From: a virus
Length of the DNA: 64,000 nt
IMG/VR virus record: IMGVR_UViG_3300028920_000029
Span: 96,001-160,000 of that record
Strand: one strand, 5' to 3'
Shown: positions 1-9,627 of the stretch, piece after piece
Position numbering within the stretch: the stretch's first letter is position 1
Layout: every line of letters begins with the position of its first letter
Notes under the pieces: generated by a model
The model's input: only the letters and a program-made list of their open reading frames with translations
Database searches by the model: none
What the model was told of the DNA's origin: nothing
Made by a program: the position numbers and the translations under genes

Positions 1-115
1 TCACTAACTTGACCGTCCTTATCATCTTTAATGATACACACTACGGATACTCCGTCAGTTTCCTTGACCTTATCATACAGCTCCTGTGCTTTCAGCTGGA
101 TAGATTTAGCTACCA

Positions 116-565
116 TTACTTACCTCCTGAAATGTGTTTGAGCCTGACACCTATTGCTGAGAACCACGCACCGATACCATACTCCAGCAAAATTTTTCCC
201 AGTGGTTTTTCAAGCTTCTCTTTTTCTTTTATCATTTCCTCTTTAGCTTTGATAATACTCTGCGCCCTGTCAATGTGAGCCTCAGTTATGTATTGCCTCT
301 TCTTTAACTCCCTTAATATCTTTGGCTTGTTGGACTGAAGTAGCTGGGCAATAGTATACCACTCCTCGTGGTGCATCTCTACTGTCCTCTCCTCCCAGCC
401 ATCGTGATAAGACTGAACTAAGTCTGCTACTCTCACCACCCTGCGCTCATCCTTATCCCAGAAGTATGTTTCAGTACCCTCGTCATTCACACCGCAGGGT
501 AACTCCTTTAACTTCCTCCAGTGTTTTGGTATATCACCTACTCCTTTATACATCATAGGTACCAC
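116..565 (-). CDS. hypothetical phage protein
   Basis: 149-aa ORF, GAGG RBS, same orientation as neighbours. Confidence 0.7.
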   Translation of the reverse strand: MVPMMYKGVGDIPKHWRKLKELPCGVNDEGTETYFWDKDERRVVRVADLVQSYHDGWEERTVEMHHEEWYTIAQLLQSNKPKILRELKKRQYITEAHIDRAQSIIKAKEEMIKEKEKLEKPLGKILLEYGIGAWFSAIGVRLKHISGGK

Positions 566-574
566 CTCATTTCT

Positions 575-892
575 TTAGAAGTGTGGGTCCCAGTATGCTC
601 TGCGATGCCCAAGTCCTATACTTGCACCGCTCTTCATACCACTACCCTGTTCTATCCAACGTCCGTTCTTTCTTAACGTGTATGTCCTAACCCTTCCGTT
701 TGGATTTGGTGAGTACTCATAAGTTTTATTCTCACTCTGTCCATTCTTGTCGGTTCTTTTGTAGTTATCATCTCTAACTCTTATAAGTTTCTTATTGGTG
801 GACACGAAAACAACGGTGGCTGGGTAACAGTCAGAACCCGCTCCCCACGTTGCTCCCATCCCCAGCTCTGGTATTACTGGTGTCTTATTCAT
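575..892 (-). CDS. conserved phage hypothetical protein (start revised to MNKTPV)
   Basis: AAGGAGG RBS before ATG at 892, promoter just upstream; GMGAT..SDCYP..RRAYWDPHF motifs recalled from phage proteins. Confidence 0.7.
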   Translation of the reverse strand: MNKTPVIPELGMGATWGAGSDCYPATVVFVSTNKKLIRVRDDNYKRTDKNGQSENKTYEYSPNPNGRVRTYTLRKNGRWIEQGSGMKSGASIGLGHRRAYWDPHF

Positions 893-911
893 ACCGTGCC
901 TCCTTAGTATA

Positions 912-939
912 ATTATACTTACTTTATTCAAAATGTCAA
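912..939 (-). promoter_or_regulatory. sigma70/sigmaA-type promoter
   Basis: TTGACA-16nt-TATAAT. Confidence 0.75.
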
Positions 940-996
940 GAAGTATTTTTAAGATGGTCTATCTCTTGCACTAGCGTATCAATGGTTGCATACCAG

Positions 997-1248
997 TTAC
1001 TCCCAAGAAAGTATTGTTTTACACTTAGGACAGGAGAAACTATCTTCTGGTTGCGTAGGCATATTAGGAGTATCAATCTCAATGTTACCGTAATCCACAT
1101 CAGCTATGCCTTCCTCACCGAGCGTAACAAACTCCTCTTTTACCTTACCAGTTTCATACTCCCACTCTCTCTTAACGTCTAGGTAGTCTATCTTTTTACC
1201 ACAAAATGGACATATCATATTACACCTCCAACAGTGTGACATCATCAC
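997..1248 (-). CDS. small Zn-ribbon protein
   Basis: CPFC...CPKC; true start probably MICPFC after GGAGG. Confidence 0.6.
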   Translation of the reverse strand: MMMSHCWRCNMICPFCGKKIDYLDVKREWEYETGKVKEEFVTLGEEGIADVDYGNIEIDTPNMPTQPEDSFSCPKCKTILSWE

Positions 1249-1444
1249 AGTTATCTTTTAGGATAATAAACACATCATTCCACGCAGTAATTTTTTGCTT
1301 AACGTGTTTAATAGCGCAAGGGATACATACGTAATAAGGTTTAATTTTCATTACCTTTTCACCCTTGTGCATCTCACGTTTACATCTAGCGCAAGGCATC
1401 GGTGTGCTAGTATTGACTACTGTTACCGAGTAGTCGTCAGTCAT
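1220..1444 (-). CDS. Zn-finger protein, CIxCA paralog family
   Basis: CARC...YVCIPCAIK. Confidence 0.65.
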   Translation of the reverse strand: MTDDYSVTVVNTSTPMPCARCKREMHKGEKVMKIKPYYVCIPCAIKHVKQKITAWNDVFIILKDNCDDVTLLEV

Positions 1445-1713
1445 TTCTGTACCTCCTTAGCATAGTCAATCATTTGTTTTAGGTCTTGAATTTCTTCTTC
1501 CATCCTTTTAATACCACAGGGTATACACAAGGTATGTGCAACCATAGTAGTATCATCCAGTATCCTATAGTCACCCAGCTCTATCCTCTTGTGGCACTTA
1601 TCACATGTCTTAACATAGGCGTGGTTTAGCAGTACTGATATACTCACGGACGCACCTCCACTCGTTTCTTTATACCACACTTTAAGTCCAGCACCCACTT
1701 CTTCCTCCCGCAT
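1441..1713 (-). CDS. Zn-finger protein, CIxCA paralog family
   Basis: CDKC...LCIPCGIK followed by a helical tail. Confidence 0.65.
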   Translation of the reverse strand: MREEEVGAGLKVWYKETSGGASVSISVLLNHAYVKTCDKCHKRIELGDYRILDDTTMVAHTLCIPCGIKRMEEEIQDLKQMIDYAKEVQK

Positions 1714-1939
1714 TTATCACACACGTAAACCTTATACCAGTTGTGGTTAACGTAGTCCTCCACGTATCTATCATACTTCCACTTATGTTTACACTTCCCC
1801 ATATCTATTCACTCTCCTTTAAACTTTAAAAATGCTTTTAATATTGCTTCAACTAATATAATTAGTATATTTGATTTATGCCATTCTTCTGCATACTCTT
1901 CCATTGGATATTCTTCCAATTTATTTGAAGGATACATAT

Positions 1940-2431
1940 CTATTCACTTTCCTTTAAAAGTTGTATTATCTTTTTTACTTGTTTTTTTCTTGTTAACCTG
2001 TATGCCGACCTGTTTGCCGACTCGTATGCCGACCAGCCTGCCGAACTGTATGCCGACCTGTTTGCCGAATAGTCTGCCGACCTATATGCCAAATAACGTG
2101 CCGACTCGCTTGCCAACCAGTCTGCTTCCTCTAATTCTTTTTTAGTCGCTGTTTTAAATATGTAATACTTCTCTATTACATCTATATAATGTTTTATTTC
2201 TTTATTCTTTGTTTTACATTGTCTTGCACACCATATTGCAAATATACGCCTGTCTAAATTACTTCCTAAGTTAGCAAATAGCCAAACCTTATCTTCATTA
2301 CTTAATTTATCTGCTTTATATTCCATACATTCAAGTAATGTCATTTTAGTATTCTCTGTTATTCCTTTTATTTCTGTAGGGTCATAACAGGGGTTTAATT
2401 TTCTAATTTGTTTTATGGTTATCTTTTTCAT
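1940..2431 (-). CDS. phage protein with 4-residue SAx repeats
   Basis: AT-rich ORF with 12-nt periodic TGCCGA repeats; architecture similar to 29906-30436. Confidence 0.7.
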   Translation of the reverse strand: MKKITIKQIRKLNPCYDPTEIKGITENTKMTLLECMEYKADKLSNEDKVWLFANLGSNLDRRIFAIWCARQCKTKNKEIKHYIDVIEKYYIFKTATKKELEEADWLASESARYLAYRSADYSANRSAYSSAGWSAYESANRSAYRLTRKKQVKKIIQLLKESE

Positions 2432-2432
2432 A

Positions 2433-2882
2433 TTACACCTCCTTAACAGTATATAGTTCTACTTCAAGCTTAGCGTCAGAGTGTTTAGTATTATTTATTA
2501 AAAACTCAGCTAACTTTTCACGGTGTGTTTCCCACCGTATAGGAGTACTTCCCATAAATACGTAGTACTCACCGCAACTCAACCTTAGGTGGTTGAGCGA
2601 TTTAGGGTCAACACCCTTAGTCAATTGCATAACAGAGTCCATTATGGACAGGATAGTCTGCACAGAAAACCTGCTGACATCCATCGAACCGACTATAATA
2701 TAGAACTTAAGAGACTGGTTACTTGTAGGTTTCCTTCGGTACCACTTAACAGAAGGAGTCGTAAAGCATTCAGGCAACCACTCCATCATAACTTTATCAC
2801 GCTCATTAAACTTACGGATACGTTTACTGCCATCGGAGTAGAACTTATGGTACGCACTCTCAGATAGTTTGGTCAAACCCAT
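2433..2882 (-). CDS. hypothetical protein
   Basis: 149-aa ORF, GGAGGTG RBS. Confidence 0.7.
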   Translation of the reverse strand: MGLTKLSESAYHKFYSDGSKRIRKFNERDKVMMEWLPECFTTPSVKWYRRKPTSNQSLKFYIIVGSMDVSRFSVQTILSIMDSVMQLTKGVDPKSLNHLRLSCGEYYVFMGSTPIRWETHREKLAEFLINNTKHSDAKLEVELYTVKEV

Positions 2883-2885
2883 TAG

Positions 2886-3128
2886 TCACCTCCTCAGACT
2901 TTCTTCTACCTTTTCGTCGTACACATACCCTTTGGGAGTCTTGCGTACCACGTTGTAGTTATCCGCACCGAGTCCAGCGTTCAGTCCTTTGAGAAAGGCA
3001 TCACGCTCCTTGCTAGTTTTGTACTTAAACTCAGTCAGCTGACACTCAGCTACAGGCTCTCCCTGTTCCAGCTTAAAGCTCACATCACTTTGTCCTACCA
3101 CTACCTTAAGTGTTCTCATATCAACCAC
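2886..3128 (-). CDS. hypothetical protein
   Basis: 80-aa ORF with RBS. Confidence 0.6.
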   Translation of the reverse strand: MVDMRTLKVVVGQSDVSFKLEQGEPVAECQLTEFKYKTSKERDAFLKGLNAGLGADNYNVVRKTPKGYVYDEKVEESLRR

Positions 3129-3132
3129 CTCC

Positions 3133-3387
3133 CTATCCTTTTAGTAGAACGTCAGAATACCCCAAGGCTTTAAGTAGCGCCTTAAGTTCGTCCATCCTGT
3201 TTAGTATTTCTTTAGTAGCACACGCAACACATCGCACTTCCCTATCCGAGTCAGGTTCCTCAACCCCATCATCATTAAAGAACGAGGTAGTAACATACTC
3301 AACCAATCTAATTTCTCCAGCCCCAATATCTTTATTACAATAATTGCATCGCTCATTAAAAGGTTCTTTAATTACTTCCATCACCAA
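3133..3387 (-). CDS. Zn-finger protein, CIxCA paralog family
   Basis: CNYC...CVACATKE. Confidence 0.65.
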   Translation of the reverse strand: MVMEVIKEPFNERCNYCNKDIGAGEIRLVEYVTTSFFNDDGVEEPDSDREVRCVACATKEILNRMDELKALLKALGYSDVLLKG

Positions 3388-3769
3388 CCACCTCCAAAGG
3401 TTTAAGGTTCATTATGTCCCTAAAGCATTTCTCTGAGGAATATAATGTGGTATGGAAAGACCACTCGCCTTTAAACTTTACACGCTTTCCATACGGTTCG
3501 GTAGTGTTTTCTTCTACCCAATCGTTAACAGAATACACACTCATTATCGGTACTATCTCTGTCTTTTCAATAGCCACATAAACGTTACGACTATGTATCG
3601 CAAAGGAAATAAGCGCTATGCCAACTACCAACGTAATTATCCCACCTACTATATGGCGGTCATAACTTTCCGACAGAACAACAACCCCACATAATACGCA
3701 CAGCCCACCGCATAGTATTCCCAGCGTAAGAAATAAAACAGCCAAAAACTGAGCATTTGATAATTCCAT
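3368..3769 (-). CDS. membrane protein (2 N-terminal TM helices)
   Basis: two hydrophobic segments, GGAGGTG RBS. Confidence 0.65.
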   Translation of the reverse strand: MELSNAQFLAVLFLTLGILCGGLCVLCGVVVLSESYDRHIVGGIITLVVGIALISFAIHSRNVYVAIEKTEIVPIMSVYSVNDWVEENTTEPYGKRVKFKGEWSFHTTLYSSEKCFRDIMNLKPLEVVGDGSN

Positions 3770-3770
3770 A

Positions 3771-3998
3771 CTACACCTCCTCCAACACTTTAATTACTTC
3801 CCACTCTACTCCGTCAAGAGTAAACTTCATGCCGACCTTCCACGTTACCGAGCCATACTCCTCAACCCCCACATCTATATTAAACTCTCTTTCCTCCCGC
3901 CTAACATAACCCATAGTAGTATCTGTATAACCATTGGTATCATCCACCACCGTGACTGACCGTTGCTCTGATAAATCCCTTGCTATAAATCTAGCCAT
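3771..3998 (-). CDS. hypothetical protein (start revised to MARFIA)
   Basis: GGAGGTG RBS before ATG 3998; promoter upstream. Confidence 0.65.
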   Translation of the reverse strand: MARFIARDLSEQRSVTVVDDTNGYTDTTMGYVRREEREFNIDVGVEEYGSVTWKVGMKFTLDGVEWEVIKVLEEV

Positions 3999-4047
3999 AA
4001 CTACACCTCCAAAGTAAACTTTTTTCACGACTAAAATCCTTATACAA

Positions 4048-4075
4048 AGTATACTATATATAATCAAAAAGTCAA
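4048..4075 (-). promoter_or_regulatory. sigma70/sigmaA-type promoter
   Basis: TTGACT-16nt-TATACT. Confidence 0.7.
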
Positions 4076-4080
4076 TCCCA

Positions 4081-4302
4081 TCACAAAAGTATATCGATAG
4101 ATGCTTTCTGTAAACTTTTTAAGTCATACTCAGCCTCCTCTTTCCAATGAGATAGTTCCTTAATAGCACAGGGTATACAGTAGATAGAGTTATTAAGGTG
4201 GACATACTTATGGTTAACACCTATCTCACCCCCGCACGAATTACACCATATAGGTATGGAGTTACTAACGTTATTGTATATAGTTATAGACATATCAAAC
4301 AC
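4081..4302 (-). CDS. Zn-finger protein, CIxCA paralog family
   Basis: CNSC...YCIPCAIKE; C-terminus IDILL like its neighbour. Confidence 0.65.
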   Translation of the reverse strand: MFDMSITIYNNVSNSIPIWCNSCGGEIGVNHKYVHLNNSIYCIPCAIKELSHWKEEAEYDLKSLQKASIDILL

Positions 4303-4306
4303 CTCC

Positions 4307-4546
4307 TTATAGTATGATGTCTATTGCTATAGTCTCCAGTTCATTTAGAGTTAGTTGTGTACGAAGAAGAGAGTAACTAGCGGGGTTCTTTGATTTTAAG
4401 TAGGCTATCCGTTCTCTTGATTGCTTAATAGCACAACGAATACACAGGGTATCTCCTATATTTATGACTACAGGATTACCTTTATGTATCTTTGTTTTAC
4501 ATAGTTTACAAGTTTCTTCCACGTTTGAGTGTGTTAGTATATACAT
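4307..4546 (-). CDS. Zn-finger protein, CIxCA paralog family
   Basis: CKLC...LCIRCAIKQ; C-terminus IDIIL. Confidence 0.65.
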   Translation of the reverse strand: MYILTHSNVEETCKLCKTKIHKGNPVVINIGDTLCIRCAIKQSRERIAYLKSKNPASYSLLRTQLTLNELETIAIDIIL

Positions 4547-4590
4547 AATAGTATCTCCTTTCCAAAGGGTATAGGGTATAACACAGGGGT

Positions 4591-4873
4591 ATTAAGGCTT
4601 AAGGAGGTCGTAGACCCGAGTGATTAAGGCGTACCCTATGATTTCATAGGGGGAATTAAGGCTTAAGGAGGTCGTAGACCCGAGTGATTAAGGCTTAAGT
4701 ATAGCCCCCACCGTACTCAAGGAACCTTAAGGCACCTACTTCTTGCGCCTACCTACTTTTCGGGGGACTCCGATGATATCATCGGAGGGACTAAGGGACT
4801 CGGGTGCATAGCACCTATTCGGGTGGCTCCGCCCGATGATATCATCGGAGGGACGCCGTTGCGTACGCAACGG
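4591..4873. repeat. non-coding block of direct repeats and perfect palindromes
   Basis: 40-bp direct repeat 4591-4630/4655-4694; palindromes CTCCGATGATATCATCGGAG (4768-4787), CCGATGATATCATCGG (4833-4848), CCGTTGCGTACGCAACGG (4856-4873). Confidence 0.9.
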
Positions 4874-4876
4874 GGA

Positions 4877-5233
4877 CTAGATAAAGTATACTATATCATC
4901 TTCTAACCTTAAAGCATCAATCCTTAAAGCATCAATCCTTAAATATTCTATACCCAGTTCCGCCCGATACTTCAATGTTTCGCATCGTTGGGTTACTATA
5001 CACCTTACATAATTGGCCAGCATCTTTACTAAGGCCCTCTTGGTAGTTAGGTATTTAACGCTACTCAGGTCCAGCTCCCAACACCAGTAGGGGAAGGGTC
5101 GTGAGCCCCAGTCCCTAGCAAACTTAGGGTCCTTCTCAATATTAAAGGGACCGTCTACTCTACTCTGTAGGGTCTTAGGCAGGTCTTTATACTTACCATT
5201 TAGGTGCGTACGTGTATTATATACTCTCTTCAT
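4877..5233 (-). CDS. hypothetical protein (GP-F/W..YxW family)
   Basis: shares RVDGPF/RLSGPW motif with 5247-5573; contains a 15-bp tandem duplication (LRIDA x2). Confidence 0.65.
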   Translation of the reverse strand: MKRVYNTRTHLNGKYKDLPKTLQSRVDGPFNIEKDPKFARDWGSRPFPYWCWELDLSSVKYLTTKRALVKMLANYVRCIVTQRCETLKYRAELGIEYLRIDALRIDALRLEDDIVYFI

Positions 5234-5246
5234 TTTTAGTTACCTC

Positions 5247-5573
5247 CTACCCTATGTAAAGTGTATCATCTTTAAGTAACGTGTCAATAATATCCTCAGG
5301 GTTATGGTCGTATAAACTATCCAGCCTGTTGTTTTTTAAAGTACCAAACATTATGTCGGGGTTGGTTTGATAAAGCTTCCTAAGTATAGCTATGACTGTA
5401 GTAGTGTGCAGGTCCTTATAGTTAAATTCCCAGTAGTACAGGCTGTATGGAGCCTTATATACAGCTTCCCATGGGCCGCTTAGTCTGCCTTTAAAGTCTA
5501 TCTTCTTGAGGCTATCCTGTATATCTTTAGCTCTTACCTCTTTAACAGTAATGTTAAAAGGTACTCTCTTCAT
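5247..5573 (-). CDS. hypothetical protein, paralog of 4877-5233
   Basis: MKRV start, GRLSGPW, YYWE, DDTLY. Confidence 0.65.
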   Translation of the reverse strand: MKRVPFNITVKEVRAKDIQDSLKKIDFKGRLSGPWEAVYKAPYSLYYWEFNYKDLHTTTVIAILRKLYQTNPDIMFGTLKNNRLDSLYDHNPEDIIDTLLKDDTLYIG

Positions 5574-5584
5574 GAGGTCCTCCT

Positions 5585-6037
5585 TTAAAAGTAAGGGAAT
5601 AAGTAGACTGGACCGTTGTTATCCAAGACCCTTACTACCTCTTCTTCGTTTGGATACATATACATGGTGGAGCCGTATACCTCGGGTCCTAGCGGCCTGA
5701 TTATCTCATAACTTGTGGCTACACACGTGGTGACTTCCTCGGGTGATTCTCTGAAGGGCCGTATGTCATATATGTACTTACAAAGCTTCCTAAGTATAGC
5801 CAGCTTGGTATAAGTAGTTAAGCTAGGCCCCTTGAACCTAAAGGAAGCACCCTTGAGGCCTGCGTAAACTAGTTTTTTGCGGTGGCGCAGCTCCACCTTG
5901 TCCATGTCAAAGTACTTTACGTCTGCGTACTCGCTATCCTTAAAACACTCCTCTAAATACTCGCCTATTACTATGTACGCCCTGCTCATTTTTTTATGCT
6001 TTTTCAGTAGGTATGGGTCCAGCTCTGGTAGTTTCAT
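5585..6037 (-). CDS. hypothetical protein
   Basis: 150-aa ORF; AILRKL motif shared with neighbour. Confidence 0.65.
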   Translation of the reverse strand: MKLPELDPYLLKKHKKMSRAYIVIGEYLEECFKDSEYADVKYFDMDKVELRHRKKLVYAGLKGASFRFKGPSLTTYTKLAILRKLCKYIYDIRPFRESPEEVTTCVATSYEIIRPLGPEVYGSTMYMYPNEEEVVRVLDNNGPVYLFPYF

Positions 6038-6420
6038 CCTAAGTATACCTCCCCATCAGTATCCGACACATACCAGTAGGATTTTACGTGTTTATCAGCA
6101 TAGGCTTCCGCTTCTTTTACTGAGTTAAAGAGTAGCTTCTTCCCCCCTCTTTTCAGCACATCCCCACCTGTGATGCTGTCGGTGTTCTCATCTTCCGTGT
6201 ACCAGTTAATAACATACTGCTTTTTAACGGCTTTCTTCCTCGTCTTCGTCTTCATCCTAAGTATACCTCCCCTTCCTTTAGTAGACACAGGGTATGGCAT
6301 GCGTATGTTAGTGCTACTCCGCGCAAAATACGGCCCATGGATCCTACCCTTAAACATCGTTGGCGGGGTGAATTCTTCACGCATTCTTTCTTCTATGTCT
6401 AAGGGCTTAAAGTCACTCAT
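6034..6420 (-). CDS. hypothetical protein
   Basis: GRIHGPY resembles the 4877/5247 motif. Confidence 0.65.
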   Translation of the reverse strand: MSDFKPLDIEERMREEFTPPTMFKGRIHGPYFARSSTNIRMPYPVSTKGRGGILRMKTKTRKKAVKKQYVINWYTEDENTDSITGGDVLKRGGKKLLFNSVKEAEAYADKHVKSYWYVSDTDGEVYLG

Positions 6421-7015
6421 CTTTCTTCTTCTTTTCTTGCAGGTGCAGCAGGTAGTTTACATAATCATGGACGTTTACTGGCCTATGTATCCTCTCCAGC
6501 TTGTGCATCGCGGTATTAGCTAGGTGTTCCTTAAAGAAAGGCTGCTTTAATAGCTCTACCTGGAACTTAGTTAGGTGCTTTAACGTGCGGTCGATGGCCT
6601 TTATTAACCACGCGTCCAGCCTGTTTCCCTTTAAAGTGATTATCTTTGCTGTACCCGCATACTGTATTAGATACTCCTTAGGAGTAGAGTAGTATAAGCT
6701 CCTTATTTTACGGTAGGTCATCCAGCATAGCTTGCCTCCTGGAGAGTAAAAGGGTATCGCTATAGATGTGTTGCCAGTACCCATGCCCTCATCTTTTAGG
6801 GAGCTCCACCTTAACATCTTTTTTACCACCGCTAGCTTGAACGTATCAGTAGTCATCTTGGACCACTTAGTCTCTATAAACACCGCCATGTTTGCCGCAG
6901 GCCGATCTCTATACGAAGACGTGTCGTCGTCGGTCCACCAATAACTAAACAACTTCTGCAGTTTCTTAAGCTGATCCTCTTCCTTTTTGGTTAGTACCGT
7001 GGATTGTTTACTCAT
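6413..7015 (-). CDS. hypothetical protein
   Basis: 200-aa ORF, GGAGGTAA RBS. Confidence 0.7.
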   Translation of the reverse strand: MSKQSTVLTKKEEDQLKKLQKLFSYWWTDDDTSSYRDRPAANMAVFIETKWSKMTTDTFKLAVVKKMLRWSSLKDEGMGTGNTSIAIPFYSPGGKLCWMTYRKIRSLYYSTPKEYLIQYAGTAKIITLKGNRLDAWLIKAIDRTLKHLTKFQVELLKQPFFKEHLANTAMHKLERIHRPVNVHDYVNYLLHLQEKKKKDE

Positions 7016-7039
7016 GTCTAGTTACCTCCTTTGTTTCGT

Positions 7040-7600
7040 CTAGCAAAACTTGAACGTTATCTTACGGTCCTTGGCCCTGGCAAACCTGAGCAGTTCCCTT
7101 AAGGCCGAGTCCTTTAGTGTGTCATTTGAGTCCTGATATGATCCATACACCCGCGTGCATATATACTTTCCTGGTCTCGTTAGTGCTTCTCTAGTTAACG
7201 TTATACTATACAGGTTAACTAAAGAATTCTTTCTCTTCCCCTCCCACGTCTGCTTGGTGTCTCTTATTACATTAAGCAGCACACCCCGAAGCGCGGCAGC
7301 AGTTTGTAACTTACCATCTGGCAGCGTAACTTCAGTGCACATCTCGTATTCGTTAATTAACATAGTATCATTATGCGAAACGTTGGCGCCTACAGGTAAA
7401 AAAGTATTGTCTACTATCTTCTTAATGTCTTCCTTGTTTGCAGCTATACTTCTTGAGCGATCAGCTTTCTCCTTTCTATTCCTAAAGTAGCTGTGTAGTT
7501 CTAACCTCCACTTGTTTATGGTATCGGTTAGTGCCATAACCAATACCACATAGCCCACAATGTATATAGCAATTTTTCCTATCGACTCCAAGAGTTCCAT
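7040..7600 (-). CDS. hypothetical protein with N-terminal TM helix
   Basis: hydrophobic N-terminus, RBS. Confidence 0.7.
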   Translation of the reverse strand: MELLESIGKIAIYIVGYVVLVMALTDTINKWRLELHSYFRNRKEKADRSRSIAANKEDIKKIVDNTFLPVGANVSHNDTMLINEYEMCTEVTLPDGKLQTAAALRGVLLNVIRDTKQTWEGKRKNSLVNLYSITLTREALTRPGKYICTRVYGSYQDSNDTLKDSALRELLRFARAKDRKITFKFC

Positions 7601-7688
7601 TGTATACCTCCCTAGTTATAGTATCGTTCCATTAGTAGTTATCGTGTATTTGTATCACATGATGAAACTATTTAGTATACTAACCTAG

Positions 7689-7850
7689 TTATCCTCCCAG
7701 TCTTCCCAGTATGATCTTACCTTTATGACAGTTAGGACAAACTGATCCCACGCAGCTGTTGCAATAGTGACTCCCGCAAGTACTGCATGTTTTCATGGGC
7801 TGCCCCTTACTAATGGTCCTTCCGCATCTGTCGCATGTTTGTGTCTCCAT
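7689..7850 (-). CDS. 53-aa Cys-rich Zn-finger microprotein (not in ORF track)
   Basis: METQTCDRC...CSTC...CNSC...CPNC; AAGGAGGT RBS. Confidence 0.7.
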   Translation of the reverse strand: METQTCDRCGRTISKGQPMKTCSTCGSHYCNSCVGSVCPNCHKGKIILGRLGG

Positions 7851-8104
7851 GTCTAGTTACCTCCTTAGTTAGTTATATGGTCTAGTTATCTATTCTTCCA
7901 GCAATACATCTACAAACTCAATATCTGATGGATAAAAATACTCATATTCCTCTTCGTATTCCTCTCCTAACTCCACCTTTACTAACCCTCCTAATTCACA
8001 GTCAACTACCTTAAAGACCTGCCCCTCGTAGTCTGTCCAGCCACCAGGCATAGAACCTTTAAGGACCCTAACATACTTAGCCATTATACGTTCCTAGTTA
8101 TCTT

Positions 8105-8788
8105 CTAGTGCTGCTTAAAGTATACGTTATCGTCTTTGTCGTTCCAGCATGTGAGACAGAGTCTCCCACAATAGTGGTGCTCGCCTCCCACATCCTTGCT
8201 TAACGGGCACATCTTAAAGTCCTTGTCCATGTTACCAGGGACCTTAGGTATCTTCACCGCTGCAGGAGGAGGCACTGGCTGCTCTACCTTAGTCATAACG
8301 TATGTCTTAGGAGTGTTAGGGATCTTTGGCACGTCCAGGTTGGACTCGTCGTAGCTCTGTTTTAGGTTAAGGTTCTTGGGCTTGGCGCTGAAGTCAAACA
8401 TGTGACTCTTAGTAAACGCCAGGAACGTAACTCCAGGGTACTCGGACATGAACTTGAGCGCGGCGTCTACGTAATCCTGCCAAAAGAAGTCCCCGCTTTC
8501 GTGGAACCTCACCTTGTCTACTCCATAGTCCTTGATCAGCGCGTCCATCTCTACGCGCAGCTCTTTCCAGAAGGACTCTGGGTTAGACGTTAGCTCGTTG
8601 TAAATCCTCTGTCTCTTCTCTCTTGCTGACCTGTAGCATATCTCTGCTTTATTTGCGTAGCACAGCTTTGAGCACAGTGGGCTCCTGCCTGGGCACGTAG
8701 TAATAGTAGGCAGGTTAAGGATAGGGATCTTCTTGTCTAACTTCCTGTTGAATCCAAAGCTAAACAACTTCGGTTTGATCTTAGCCAT
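8105..8788 (-). CDS. GP88-like (radical-SAM-related) protein
   Basis: TCPGRSPLCSKLCYA, VRFHESGDF, C-terminal CxxxCxxCW. Confidence 0.75.
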   Translation of the reverse strand: MAKIKPKLFSFGFNRKLDKKIPILNLPTITTCPGRSPLCSKLCYANKAEICYRSAREKRQRIYNELTSNPESFWKELRVEMDALIKDYGVDKVRFHESGDFFWQDYVDAALKFMSEYPGVTFLAFTKSHMFDFSAKPKNLNLKQSYDESNLDVPKIPNTPKTYVMTKVEQPVPPPAAVKIPKVPGNMDKDFKMCPLSKDVGGEHHYCGRLCLTCWNDKDDNVYFKQH

Positions 8789-8800
8789 GTCTACACCTCC

Positions 8801-9625
8801 TTAGAATTGGTCGTAATACTCATCTCTTTCCACACAGTTCATGTTAGGAACATGATCATTGTACCCCAATAGAGTAAGTTCCTTAGCTTTAATAGGGTTA
8901 AAGATATAGTCTTTTACTTCTACGTACTTTGGATCTACGCCGAATTTAATACCTTTAGTATTCTTAAAGAGCTTAGCTGTTACTGCGCCCAGAGTCTTAT
9001 CATATTTCAGCACCAACTTGTGTGGATTGCGGTCATCCCAAAACTTTGTCTTCTTATCCTTTGCCACAAACAGTCGCAGTTGGTTATCCTCCATGGAATA
9101 ACGGTCTACGATAGCAGAGTCCCGAGATACTACTACTGAGTCGTACGACTGCTTGGCGATCCTGTTCCAAACCGTTACTACGGTAGGAAGCTTAGAGTTA
9201 CTGCCGTTTAGCTTAGGCTTACCGAGTATCCTTCCGTCCTCTGCAGACCCTGCAAGTAAAAGAATGTTATTCTTCTGCGCTTTCTCTCTCTTCTTTGCCA
9301 AGATACTGTTGAGTACCTCAGGCACATCAAGTGACTCCAGGATCTTAGGCGCTTTTGAGATACATCTCTTAAGCTGTTTCTTATCGTGATACGCCTCCAC
9401 AAACTCAGTAAACTTATCCTTATGGGTCGACGCCAGCCAGATGAGCATTCCTGCAGTGGCTTCAGTCGACAACCAACACAGTCTTTCGTTTTTGTTCATC
9501 ATCTTAGCCAGCAGGACAGGGTCAGTGTCGCTGCCCAGCATACCTAAGAAGATTTGGTCAGGGACATAATAATAACCATCACTATCCTTCGTATCCATTA
9601 ACCTTTCTATTGATGATACGCGCAT
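8801..9625 (-). CDS. GPDTDP-family paralog 1
   Basis: MRVSSIER...MLGSDTDP...HKDK. Confidence 0.75.
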   Translation of the reverse strand: MRVSSIERLMDTKDSDGYYYVPDQIFLGMLGSDTDPVLLAKMMNKNERLCWLSTEATAGMLIWLASTHKDKFTEFVEAYHDKKQLKRCISKAPKILESLDVPEVLNSILAKKREKAQKNNILLLAGSAEDGRILGKPKLNGSNSKLPTVVTVWNRIAKQSYDSVVVSRDSAIVDRYSMEDNQLRLFVAKDKKTKFWDDRNPHKLVLKYDKTLGAVTAKLFKNTKGIKFGVDPKYVEVKDYIFNPIKAKELTLLGYNDHVPNMNCVERDEYYDQF

Positions 9626-9627
9626 AA

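Noticed and set aside
4591-4694. Mini-CRISPR (two 40-bp repeats)
   Set aside because: Only two copies, and the 24-bp interval is itself an inverted repeat.
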